NCBI GenBank assembly: GCA_019751915.1
Contig: JAIEMS010000012.1
Location: 59,582 to 123,581 of the forward strand
Source of the DNA: Burkholderiaceae bacterium
GTDB taxonomy: Bacteria > Pseudomonadota > Gammaproteobacteria > Burkholderiales > Burkholderiaceae_C
Direction: 5' to 3'
DNA: 64,000 nucleotides
Shown here: positions 51,825-60,643 of the stretch, piece after piece
How positions within the stretch are numbered: position 1 is the stretch's first letter
Layout: each line of letters starts with the position of its first letter
Notes under the pieces: model-generated
What the model was told of the DNA's origin: nothing
The model's input: only the letters and a program-made list of their open reading frames with translations
The model's database searches: none
Program-made: the position numbers and the translations under genes

Positions 51825-51917
51825 GTCTTTCGCAAAGCGTCTGTGCGCCCCTCTCTGTCATTTAGAGCGCACGGCACCAGCACCGCAACGCGATCGCAGA
51901 GCAGGGGCTGCGTCATA

Positions 51918-52343
51918 TCAACGTGTGAAAACGTTCATGCCTGGGAAGAAGAAGGCGATTTCGACGGCTGCAGTTTCGGCAGCGTCAGAGCCGTGGACGG
52001 CATTGGCATCAATGCTGTCGGCAAAGTCAGCGCGGATCGTGCCGGCATCGGCCTTCTTAGGGTCGGTAGCGCCCATCAGTTCGCGGTTCTTCAGGATGGC
52101 GTTTTCGCCTTCCAGTGCTTGGATCATGACGGGGCCGGAAATCATGAAATCGACCAAGTCCTTGAAGAAAGGACGCTCTTTGTGCACGCCATAGAACTGC
52201 TCGGCTTCCAGACGCGACAGGTGTGCCATGCGTGCAGCCACTACCTTGAGGCCAGCGGCTTCAAAACGGGCGTAAATTTGCCCGATGACGTTCTTAGCGA
52301 CTGCGTCAGGCTTGATGATGGAGAGTGTGCGTTCGATGGCCAT
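51918..52343 (-). CDS. ndk: Nucleoside-diphosphate kinase
   Basis: 141 aa, starting [15 protein letters not shown], then NAVHGSD. Confidence 0.97.
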   Translation of the reverse strand: MAIERTLSIIKPDAVAKNVIGQIYARFEAAGLKVVAARMAHLSRLEAEQFYGVHKERPFFKDLVDFMISGPVMIQALEGENAILKNRELMGATDPKKADAGTIRADFADSIDANAVHGSDAAETAAVEIAFFFPGMNVFTR

Positions 52344-52435
52344 GGTAGTTTTCCTGAATAAACAATGTTGCTTGAGATTTTTGTCAGAGAGACAAAGCTT
52401 TTGATTCTAACCTGCGACAAAACGCAGCAGCGGCA

Positions 52436-53779
52436 TCAACGGCCACGCCCACTGCTACCGCCACGGCTGTTTTTGCGTTGCTCTTGGCGGTGTCTGGCAA
52501 GACTGTCGGTACCGATGTAACCGACCGAGGTTTTTAACGGATCGGGCTGGCTGGCACCCGTTTTACGGGCGCTGCCTTCTGACCTATCGCCCCCTGTGCG
52601 CTGACCCGCAGCACCAGAAGAATTTGCCACTGGAAAAATGCTTTTGGCATTGCCAAATCGGCCAGCAGCGGCACCGCCACGCGCTGGGCCGTTGGCCTTG
52701 ACCGCACCTGTGCCGGGGCGCTCGGGCCTGACGGCACGTTCAGCGCCAGCGGCCTTTGCCAGCGCATTGATGTCGCGCTCATCCAACTCCAGCCATGCGC
52801 CGCGCTTGAGGCCCCGTGGCAAAACCATAGCGCCGTAGCGAATGCGAATCAGGCGGCTGACGGCATGGCCGACAGCTTCCATCATGCGCCGGACTTCGCG
52901 GTTGCGGCCCTCGGAAATCGTGACGCGGTACCAGCAGTTGGAGCCTTCGCCGCCACCGTCTTCGATAGAACCAAACGATGCCACGCCGTCGTCGAGTTGA
53001 ACGCCATCCAGCAAGCGGTCTTTTTCTTCTTTGCTCAAGGCACCGAGTACGCGAACGGCATATTCACGCTCCAAGCCAAAGCGCGGATGCATCAACCGGT
53101 TTGCCAACTCGCCCGAACTGGTAAAGAGCAGCAAACCTTCGGTGTTCAAGTCCAAACGTCCCACCGACTGCCATTTTCCCTGTACCAAACGGGGTAATTT
53201 ACGAAACACCGTGGGCCGGTTTTGCGGGTCGTCGTTGGTCACGACTTCGCCCACAGGCTTGTGGTAGGCAATCACGCGCGGGGGCGGCGGGTCAATGCGA
53301 AACCGCACGGGCTTGCCATTGACCTTGATCGAATCGCCAAACTGCACGCGCTGGCCCACGTGGGCAGGCTCGTTGTTCACCGAGATACGCCCCTCCAGAA
53401 TGAGTTGCTCCATCTCCAGCCGAGAACCCATTCCGGCTTGGGCTAACACCTTGTGCAGCTTGGGGCTTTCGACTTGGGGCAGCAAGACCCGTTTGGTCGA
53501 TACCGGCTCGGCGCTGACCTCGTCGGCATCAAATTGGCCCGACACAACGTCAGCAAATTGGTATCCCTCCAACGCGCTGTCGGTCGGTGGTGTGGGGGGC
53601 ACTGGCGCAGCGCTGCGGGGCAGCTTGGGCACCCGAGCGCGGGTATTTTGACCCGCTGCAGAAGTTTTGCGGGCAGGCTTGCGTGGTGCGGGCTTGCCCG
53701 TGCGTTCGGTAGCGGGGGCGGCAGAACCCGACTTGGATGGCACTGTGGCATCGCCGGGTGAAGTGGTTTTATTCATCAA
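52436..53779 (-). CDS. rluB: 23S rRNA pseudouridine synthase RluB-like (S4 domain, RsuA/RluB catalytic domain, basic low-complexity tails)
   Basis: Contains [29 protein letters not shown] (S4) and [14 protein letters not shown] (catalytic Asp). The N- and C-terminal tails are Lys/Arg/Gly-rich. Confidence 0.88.
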   Translation of the reverse strand: [447 protein letters not shown]

Positions 53780-53940
53780 TATGGGCGTGAAACCTCAGCC
53801 TTGGGGCCGGGGAGGTAGAGCAGTGGATGCGCGGCATCGGTCGCTTGGGGCTTATTACCTGCTCACGCTTTTTTAAGGTAAGCCCCTGAATGGAGACAAT
53901 TTGGGGCTCAGTTTAGCGGCACACCGCTTCGGGTGCAGTC

Positions 53941-55182
53941 TCAGGTGTTCTTCAAGGCCCGCAGTTTGTCTTTTTTGCTGGGGCGCAGCCCCTTGACTCC
54001 GCCATTGCCGGGTGAAGGCGGCGGCACGGCTTCGATGGGTTCAAACCCTTCAATTTGCTCCAACGGCAGGCTCAAATGCTGGCGTTTTTCGATCAAGTGC
54101 CAATGCGCTTGGCTGGCTGGCATGACAAAGGTCACGGCCAAACCGCTCTCGCCCGCCCGTCCAGTGCGGCCAATACGGTGGACATAATCGACCGCCGACC
54201 GTGGCAAATCGTAATTAACCACCACCGGCAATTGGGCAATATCAATGCCACGTGCGGCCAAATCGGTGGTAACGACCACTTGCCAGCGGTCGGCCTTGAA
54301 TTCTTCCAGTACCTGTTGGCGCGCGCCTTGGCTTAAATCTCCATGGAATGGGGTCGCAAAAACTCCTGCCCGGTAGAGCTTTTCGGCGACGTGCTCGGCG
54401 GTGTATTTGGTTGCCACAAACACCAATACCCGCTGCCAGTCTTCTTGCTTGAATAACCTGAGCAACAGCTGGGTGCGGCGTTTGCTGTCCACAGCAATGG
54501 CCCGCTGCAAGATGGTGGCTTCGTGGGTCTGCGTTGGTGCCACATCGACGCGCACCGGATCGCGCAGCAAACTGCCCGCCAGCGCCTGCACGCTGTCTGG
54601 AAAGGTGGCCGAGAAGAAAAGGTTTTGCCGCTGCGCTGGCAAAAGTGCCAGCACACGGTGAATTTCCTCGCTAAAGCCCAAGTCGAGCAAGCGGTCGGCC
54701 TCATCGAGCACCAACAACTGCACTGCCGACAAGCGTAGCGCGTTGTGCTCGACCAAATCGAGCAAGCGCCCCGGCGTTGCTACCACCACATCAGCACCAC
54801 CGCGCAGCGCCAGCATCTGCGGGTTGATAGAAACGCCGCCAAACACCACGGCGACTTTGGGCGGCTGCGCCAAGTGCTGGCCCAGACTGCGCAGCACTTC
54901 CCCGACCTGCGCGGCCAACTCACGGGTTGGCACCACCACCAAAGTGTGGGTGCGCCGTGCCCCGCTGGGGCAGGCAGCTAGCAAAAGGTCTTGGTGCTGT
55001 TGCAACGCAGGCAAGGCAAAGGCTGCCGTTTTGCCCGATCCCGTTTGGGCACAGGCCCAAACGTCAGCACCGCGCAAAATGGCGGGTATGGCCTCGGTTT
55101 GAACGGGTGTGGGTACGCTAAAACCCAATTCGCTGGCAGCGCGGGCAAGGGCGGGAGAAAGACCAAGGAGAGCAAAAGGCAT
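53941..55182 (-). CDS. rhlE: DEAD-box ATP-dependent RNA helicase (RhlE-like)
   Basis: From MPFALLGLSPAL... with PTPVQ (Q motif), AQTGSGKT, VLDEAD, SAT and HRIGRTGRAG. I prefer ATG 55182 over the ORF-track start 55260. Confidence 0.9.
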   Translation of the reverse strand: MPFALLGLSPALARAASELGFSVPTPVQTEAIPAILRGADVWACAQTGSGKTAAFALPALQQHQDLLLAACPSGARRTHTLVVVPTRELAAQVGEVLRSLGQHLAQPPKVAVVFGGVSINPQMLALRGGADVVVATPGRLLDLVEHNALRLSAVQLLVLDEADRLLDLGFSEEIHRVLALLPAQRQNLFFSATFPDSVQALAGSLLRDPVRVDVAPTQTHEATILQRAIAVDSKRRTQLLLRLFKQEDWQRVLVFVATKYTAEHVAEKLYRAGVFATPFHGDLSQGARQQVLEEFKADRWQVVVTTDLAARGIDIAQLPVVVNYDLPRSAVDYVHRIGRTGRAGESGLAVTFVMPASQAHWHLIEKRQHLSLPLEQIEGFEPIEAVPPPSPGNGGVKGLRPSKKDKLRALKNT

Positions 55183-55344
55183 GGAGGTATGGCACAAAAG
55201 AGGTTCGGGCCAACCAACCCGCGCCACAGCGCAGAGCCTATCAGCCCATAAGCGTGGCATTGTGCGCTATGCGCCCCAGCAATGCCCAACACCCCGATAA
55301 TCCCAGCCCCAGTGTGCTTGCACCTTTTTGAAAGTGCCACCGCC

Positions 55345-55806
55345 ATGAACCTTCTCGTTGATTCTTCCAGCATCACCCACAGCATCCAGCTCGCGGTAGC
55401 GCCCGTATTTTTGCTCACCGCTGTGGCCGGCATGATTGGTGCCATCGCCGGGCGACTGGCCCGCATCATTGACCGGGCAAGGGTGGTCGAAGACCGCGCC
55501 CAGCGCAGCCAAGATGCCGAATGCCTACGGCTTGCCACCTTAGAGTTGGGCTACCTTCGCACCCGTGGGCGCTTGGCCAATGGCTGCATTGGCTTGCTGA
55601 CGCTGTGTGGTTTTTTGATTGGTCTGACCATCGTTTTTCTGTTTCTGGGCGAAACCATCGATTTTCAGAGCCATGTGCTAGCGATGGGCGGTTTTTTGAC
55701 CGGAGTCGTGTCGTTCTTGCTGGCGCTGGTGTTGTTTTTTATTGAGACGGTGATGGCAACGCGCTTGCTCAATTTTCATATGCTGACACCGCAAGGCCAT
55801 CACTAA
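55345..55806 (+). CDS. DUF2721-like membrane protein
   Basis: Contains IQLAVAPVFLLTAVAGMIGAIAGRLARIIDRAR and three TM helices. The start is 55345 or 55282. Confidence 0.7.
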   Translation: MNLLVDSSSITHSIQLAVAPVFLLTAVAGMIGAIAGRLARIIDRARVVEDRAQRSQDAECLRLATLELGYLRTRGRLANGCIGLLTLCGFLIGLTIVFLFLGETIDFQSHVLAMGGFLTGVVSFLLALVLFFIETVMATRLLNFHMLTPQGHH

Positions 55807-55863
55807 AGTCAACCCATGCCACGCTACGATGGCGTGCATCCACACCACCAAATCGGGAGTTTT

Positions 55864-56037
55864 ATGCGAGGCAACATTGCAGCCATTGTGCTGGTGCTGT
55901 TGGGCACCTTCTTTTTGCTCAATAACTTGGGCGTGATCGACATCAGCTTGCGGGCGCTGTTCAAAACTTGGTGGCCGCTCATTTTGATTGCGGTCGGCCT
56001 GACGTTGTTTTTCACTCCTGAGCGGCACCGCAAATGA
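55864..56037 (+). CDS. Small two-TM membrane protein (LiaF/DUF5668-like)
   Basis: 57 aa: MRGNIAAIVLVLLGTFFLLNNLG...WWPLILIAVGLTLFF. GGGAG 4 nt upstream. The stop overlaps the yciH start (ATGA). Confidence 0.6.
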   Translation: MRGNIAAIVLVLLGTFFLLNNLGVIDISLRALFKTWWPLILIAVGLTLFFTPERHRK

Positions 56038-56393
56038 AGGGGCTGGCAAACTTGGCCAGGCTGGTCTATTCGACCGAGCACGGGCGCATGTGCCCCGACT
56101 GCCGTCAACCACAAGCCCAGTGTGTGTGCAAAGCAGCGCCCATGCCCGTGGGCGATGGCATTGTGCGCGTCTCGCGTGAGACCAAAGGGCGCGGCGGCAA
56201 AGCGGTGACGCTGGTCAAAGGGGTGCTGCTCGACAGTGCGGGTCTGGCGCAACTGGGCAAACAGCTCAAGGCGGCCTGCGGCAGCGGTGGTACCGTCAAA
56301 GACGGCGTGATCGAGGTGCAGGGCGACCACGTCGAGCGCGTGATCGAAACCCTGAAAAAGCTCGGTCACACCGTGAAACGGGCCGGAGGATAA
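56034..56393 (+). CDS. yciH: SUI1/eIF1-family translation initiation factor YciH
   Basis: 119 aa with a C-terminal SUI1 fold signature (GRGGKAVTLVKG...LKAACGSGGTVKDGVIEVQGDH). Confidence 0.88.
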   Translation: MKGLANLARLVYSTEHGRMCPDCRQPQAQCVCKAAPMPVGDGIVRVSRETKGRGGKAVTLVKGVLLDSAGLAQLGKQLKAACGSGGTVKDGVIEVQGDHVERVIETLKKLGHTVKRAGG

Positions 56394-56432
56394 CCAAATA
56401 TGCCTCTAGCCCTTTTGCAGTCAGCTTAAGTA

Positions 56433-56449
56433 GCTATCATTTTAATAGC
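56433..56449. repeat. 17-nt palindromic interspersed motif (yciH/metI convergent spacer)
   Basis: GCTATCATTTTAATAGC, with the extended core TAAGTAGCTATCATTTTAATAGC. It is 20/23 identical to the copy at 13208-13230. Confidence 0.55.
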
Positions 56450-56464
56450 TTACAAACAAAGCAC

Positions 56465-57133
56465 TCAAACGTCTTTTTTGTCGGCACGCTGGGCTAGCCA
56501 GTCGCCCAGCATTTGCACCATCTGCACCAACACCACCAGCGCCACCACCGTGGCAACCATCACATCGGTTTGGTAGCGGTAGTAGCCAAAGCGAATCGCC
56601 AAATCACCGACACCGCCGCCGCCAACAATGCCCGCCATGGCCGAAAAGCCAATCAAACTGATCAACGTCACCGTAAAACCGCGCACAAAACCCGGCAGCG
56701 CCTCGGGAAACAGCACCGTGCAAATGATGCGAAGGGGGCTGGCACCAAAGGCTTGCGAGGCTTCGATGATGCCCGGATCGACCTCGCACAGCGAAGCCTC
56801 GACCAACCGAGCGTAAAAAACGATGGCCGCCACCGACAGCGGCACCGACGCTGCCGTCGGGCCGATGGTCGTGCCCAGCACCCACTGCGTCAGCGGCAAC
56901 AACAGCACCAACAAAATCACAAACGGCACGGAGCGCACCACATTGACCAAGAAATTGCCGCTAAGGTGCGCGAACCGATTGGCCCAAAACAGCTTGCGGC
57001 TGGTCACATGCAGCAAAAAACCCAGCGGCAGGCCAGCGACAATGGCCAACACGCTGGCAATGCCGACCATCAAAAACGTCTCGCCAAAGGCCGTCACCAA
57101 ATCGGTGCCAAGGGATGTCCAATCAATGGGCAT
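56465..57133 (-). CDS. metI: Methionine ABC transporter permease
   Basis: 222 aa, five TM helices, EAS-x-GAS loop (IEASQAFGASP). Confidence 0.92.
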   Translation of the reverse strand: MPIDWTSLGTDLVTAFGETFLMVGIASVLAIVAGLPLGFLLHVTSRKLFWANRFAHLSGNFLVNVVRSVPFVILLVLLLPLTQWVLGTTIGPTAASVPLSVAAIVFYARLVEASLCEVDPGIIEASQAFGASPLRIICTVLFPEALPGFVRGFTVTLISLIGFSAMAGIVGGGGVGDLAIRFGYYRYQTDVMVATVVALVVLVQMVQMLGDWLAQRADKKDV

Positions 57134-58193
57134 GGAGAACCTCTACATGGGTTGCGTTGTCACGAATAAATTCCACTGCGGCAGCTACGCGTGCCGCTAC
57201 CGTGCCGGTATAGCCAGCAGCCAGTGCGGGTGGCACCGCATCGGCGGGTAGCTCGGCCAGCCGCACCACCAACAAGCCCATCGCGTGGTTGCCGATGTAT
57301 TCGATCTTGCCGTGCAAGATGTCCACCGACAGGCCAAACCGCACCGCCGCTGCCGACAACACCGAGTCCTCGGCCTTGTCGCCCAAAAAATGCAGTTTGA
57401 GCACGGTGCCGGGAATGTTGTCGATCAAGTGCTCGGGAATATCAAGGTTGAGCGTGTGCGCCACCAGTTGGCGGGTGAAGTCGGCTTGGGGACGGGCAAA
57501 AATATCAAACGCCGTGCCTTGTTCAACCACTTTGCCCCGTGCCATGACGGCCACGCGGTCGCAGATTTTCTTGATGACGTTCATCTCGTGCGAGATCAGC
57601 ACGATGGTGATGCCCAGAGTCTGGTTGATTTCTTTGAGCAACTCCAAAATCGCCGCCGAGGTATCGAGGTCGAGTGCCGAAGTCGGCTCATCACACAACA
57701 ACACCGCCGGATGGTTGGCGACAGCACGGGCAATGCCCACGCGCTGCTTTTGTCCGCCCGAAAGCTGCGATGGGTAAGCCTGCGCTTTGTCGGCCAGCCC
57801 GACCAGCGTCAGAATTTCGGGCACACGCTGGGCGATTTCGGCCTCGCTCTTGCCCGCCACGCGCAGGGCAAAGGCAGCGTTATCGAACACCGTGCGGTTG
57901 TGCATCAAATTGAAGTGCTGAAAGATCATGCCAATCTTGTGGCGCTCTCGCCGCAGGGCGTTGCCAGTCAGGTCGGTAATGTCTTCGCCATCGACGATAA
58001 CGCGGCCCGTACTCGGGCGCTCCAGCAGATTGATGGTGCGCAGCACGGTGCTTTTGCCCGCGCCGCTGGTGCCGACAATGCCGAACACCTCGCCACGGCG
58101 GATGTGCAGCGACACCTGATCGACAGCCTTGACCGATGCTGACGGCGCGCCGCGCACCTCAAAGGCGACGGAAATATTTTCTAGTTTGATCAT
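57123..58193 (-). CDS. metN: Methionine ABC transporter ATP-binding protein
   Basis: Starts MIKLENISVAFEV, with GTSGAGKST, LSGGQKQRV, LLCDEPTSALD and a C-terminal NIL domain. I prefer ATG 58193 over the ORF-track start 58316. Confidence 0.93.
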   Translation of the reverse strand: MIKLENISVAFEVRGAPSASVKAVDQVSLHIRRGEVFGIVGTSGAGKSTVLRTINLLERPSTGRVIVDGEDITDLTGNALRRERHKIGMIFQHFNLMHNRTVFDNAAFALRVAGKSEAEIAQRVPEILTLVGLADKAQAYPSQLSGGQKQRVGIARAVANHPAVLLCDEPTSALDLDTSAAILELLKEINQTLGITIVLISHEMNVIKKICDRVAVMARGKVVEQGTAFDIFARPQADFTRQLVAHTLNLDIPEHLIDNIPGTVLKLHFLGDKAEDSVLSAAAVRFGLSVDILHGKIEYIGNHAMGLLVVRLAELPADAVPPALAAGYTGTVAARVAAAVEFIRDNATHVEVLHAH

Positions 58194-58281
58194 CTTGCCA
58201 AAGGGATGTGAATACAAAGCAAAACGCCAGACGCGCCGGGCATTTCCACCCGGTGCGTCTGGCGCAGCGGCCAGAACGGGC

Positions 58282-59133
58282 TTACTTCTTGGTGCTGGCT
58301 GCGGCCTTGGCGGCAAGCCAGTCGGGTTTTTGGAATTCCTTGAAAATGTGTTTGGGGTCGTTCACTGTGGCAAGGAACTCGGGCGACTCAACGACTTGTT
58401 TGATGTCCTGAACAAACGGCTTGTCCAGATCGGCGGTTTTCACGGCGACGAGGTTTTTGATGCTCTCATCGAGCTGCTCTAACTTGAGCGCATCCGCGAG
58501 CTTCAAACCAGCCGAAATCGCAAAATTGCCATTGACCACCGCCAGTGTGGCGCTGTCCAAAGTCCGGGGCAGTTGGGCAGCTTCCAACGGCTTGAACACC
58601 AAACCCTTGGGGTTTTGCTCAATGTCTTTTTCCGATGCCTTGACCGGGTCAATGTCTTTCTTGAAGGTCAGCAAGCCTTCTTTGGCTAAAAAGCGCAGCG
58701 CCCGGGCCAGATTGGTCGGATCGTTGGCGACCGTGACCACATCGCCCTTTTTCAGTTCATCGAGTGATTTGATTTTGTGCGAGTAAATGCCCAAACCAGC
58801 CGTCGGCACATTGATGACGGGCGAGAGCTTCAGGCCCTTGTCGGCTGAGAACTTCTCCAGATAGAGCCGGTGCTGGAACAAGTTGGCATCGATGCTGTTG
58901 TTGGCCAACGCCAGATTGGGCTGGACGTAATCGCTGAACTCTTTCAGCACGATTTTGTAGCCCTTCTTTTCCAAACCGGGCTGGATCGCGGCCTTGATCA
59001 AATCACCATACGGGCCGGGGGCCACGCCAAAAACGATGGTTTTGGGCGTAATCTGCGCCGAAGCCGCACTGATGCCAATGGCAAAGACGGCCAGTGCGCG
59101 CGCAGCCGCGCCGAGAAAGGAAGTGGTACGCAT
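58282..59133 (-). CDS. metQ: MetQ/NlpA family methionine-binding protein
   Basis: 283 aa with a signal peptide and NlpA-family sequence (GVAPGPYGDL...FQH..YL...). Confidence 0.9.
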   Translation of the reverse strand: MRTTSFLGAAARALAVFAIGISAASAQITPKTIVFGVAPGPYGDLIKAAIQPGLEKKGYKIVLKEFSDYVQPNLALANNSIDANLFQHRLYLEKFSADKGLKLSPVINVPTAGLGIYSHKIKSLDELKKGDVVTVANDPTNLARALRFLAKEGLLTFKKDIDPVKASEKDIEQNPKGLVFKPLEAAQLPRTLDSATLAVVNGNFAISAGLKLADALKLEQLDESIKNLVAVKTADLDKPFVQDIKQVVESPEFLATVNDPKHIFKEFQKPDWLAAKAAASTKK

Positions 59134-59240
59134 AGCGGGTTTATTCCAATAGACAAATAAGAACCCGAATATTAAGAGACTACGGCATATAAGCCAAAGA
59201 ATCTCTGTCTATTTGCATATATCCAAATACACCAAACGCC

Positions 59241-60596
59241 TCAGCTCCAAACGCCGGTGCGCCGGTCTTCGACCCGCTTGGCCTTGTGCGTTTCGCGCGG
59301 CAGAGTATCGGGGGCCAAAATTCGCACCGTAGCGGCCACGCCAGTGACCGATTTCAGGTGGCCGTTAAAGCGCACGGCCAATTCAGCGTCGCTGCCAGCA
59401 AAACCAGCAGCGCGTTCGACTTCAACCGTCAGCACATCAAGGTGGTTGATGCGCTCGACAATGAGTTTGTACTCGCCAGAAAAATCGTGGTCTTTGCGGG
59501 CGATGGCTTCCACGTCGCTGGGAAAAATGTTCACGCCTTTGATGATCAACATATCGTCGAGTCGGCCATGCACGCCCTTGAGCCGCATCGAGGTGCGGCC
59601 ACAACCGCACGGCTCGGTGGTGAACGAAACGATGTCCCCCGAACGAAAACGCACCAGAGGCCGGGCGGTCTTTTTCAGCGTGGTCAATACCATTTCGCCG
59701 CGTTCGCCTTCGGCCACTGGCTCCCCAGTCTCGGGATCGAGTACCTCGACCAAGATGTGGTCTTCGGCCCAATGCAAGCCATCTTGTGCTTCGCACATAC
59801 CGGCACAGGAGCCAAAAATGTCGGACAGGCCGTAGTAGTCATACACCTTAGCCCCCCACAGCGCCTCGATGCGTTGACGCGTCTCAGGAATAGAGCCACC
59901 CGGCTCCCCGGCAACAAAAATGCGCTGGATGTTCAGGTCTTTCTTCGGGTCGATGCCTTGCTTGAGTGCCGTTTCGCCCAAGTACCAAGCATACGATGGC
60001 GTTGTCCACATGGCACTGGCCTGAAACTGGCCGATGATGGTCAGCAGCCGCTCAGACGGCACAGTGCCCGCGTGAATCGACAGCGCCCCCACTTTTTGAG
60101 CACCCAGCACACACGGGCCACCAACAAACAACGAAAAATTCAGCGAATGGCAGTAGCGATCCTCAGGGCGCAGGCCCGACGACCAAAACTGGCGCGCTTC
60201 GTAGTCCATCCAGTCTTCAAAATCTTGCGCTGTAAAGGGCGAAGCCGTCGGCACACCGGTAGAACCACTGGATGCCGAGATGTAAACAATATCGCGCTCA
60301 GCTACGGCAACAATGTCGCCAAACGGCGGCACCGCCAGTTGCCGCTCGCGCAGGGTTTGCTTGGTCAAAAATGGAAAGCGGCGCAAATCGTCGAGGCTTT
60401 GCACTTGGCTTGGGTGTACGCCAGCGGCATCGAAACTGCGCCGGTAGTAAGGCGAGTTTTCGTAAGCATGGGCCAAGTGCTGTTGCAACAGGCGCAGTTT
60501 CAGGGCATCCCAATCGGCACGGGACTGGGTTTCAAGGGCTTCGTCCCAATATTTTTGGTCACTGGGGCGGCTGTGGTCAGAGGTGGTCGGCTGCAT
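59241..60596 (-). CDS. Phenylacetate--CoA ligase family (PaaK / coenzyme F390 synthetase-like) adenylate-forming enzyme
   Basis: 451 aa with SSGSTGVPT (AMP-binding P-loop), YGLSDIFG and a C-terminal ACT-like part. There are no other paa genes nearby. Confidence 0.8.
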   Translation of the reverse strand: MQPTTSDHSRPSDQKYWDEALETQSRADWDALKLRLLQQHLAHAYENSPYYRRSFDAAGVHPSQVQSLDDLRRFPFLTKQTLRERQLAVPPFGDIVAVAERDIVYISASSGSTGVPTASPFTAQDFEDWMDYEARQFWSSGLRPEDRYCHSLNFSLFVGGPCVLGAQKVGALSIHAGTVPSERLLTIIGQFQASAMWTTPSYAWYLGETALKQGIDPKKDLNIQRIFVAGEPGGSIPETRQRIEALWGAKVYDYYGLSDIFGSCAGMCEAQDGLHWAEDHILVEVLDPETGEPVAEGERGEMVLTTLKKTARPLVRFRSGDIVSFTTEPCGCGRTSMRLKGVHGRLDDMLIIKGVNIFPSDVEAIARKDHDFSGEYKLIVERINHLDVLTVEVERAAGFAGSDAELAVRFNGHLKSVTGVAATVRILAPDTLPRETHKAKRVEDRRTGVWS

Positions 60597-60643
60597 GGCA
60601 ATTTTTCAGAAAGAGGCGGGTTGGCAAATCGGAGTGGCTGGTT

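Noticed and set aside
53838-53886. Bulged hairpin GGGGCTT-AT-TACC...GGTA-AGCCCC between rhlE and rluB
   Set aside because: There is no U-run on either strand, so it is not a canonical terminator. The stem is interrupted. There is nothing further to support a function.
59148-59213. Inverted repeat AATAGACA ... TGTCTATT in the metQ leader; possible riboswitch or operator
   Set aside because: The arms are only 8 bp in an AT-rich ~100-nt spacer, so chance probability is not negligible. I cannot recognise a SAM/SAH riboswitch core or a MetJ-box pattern.
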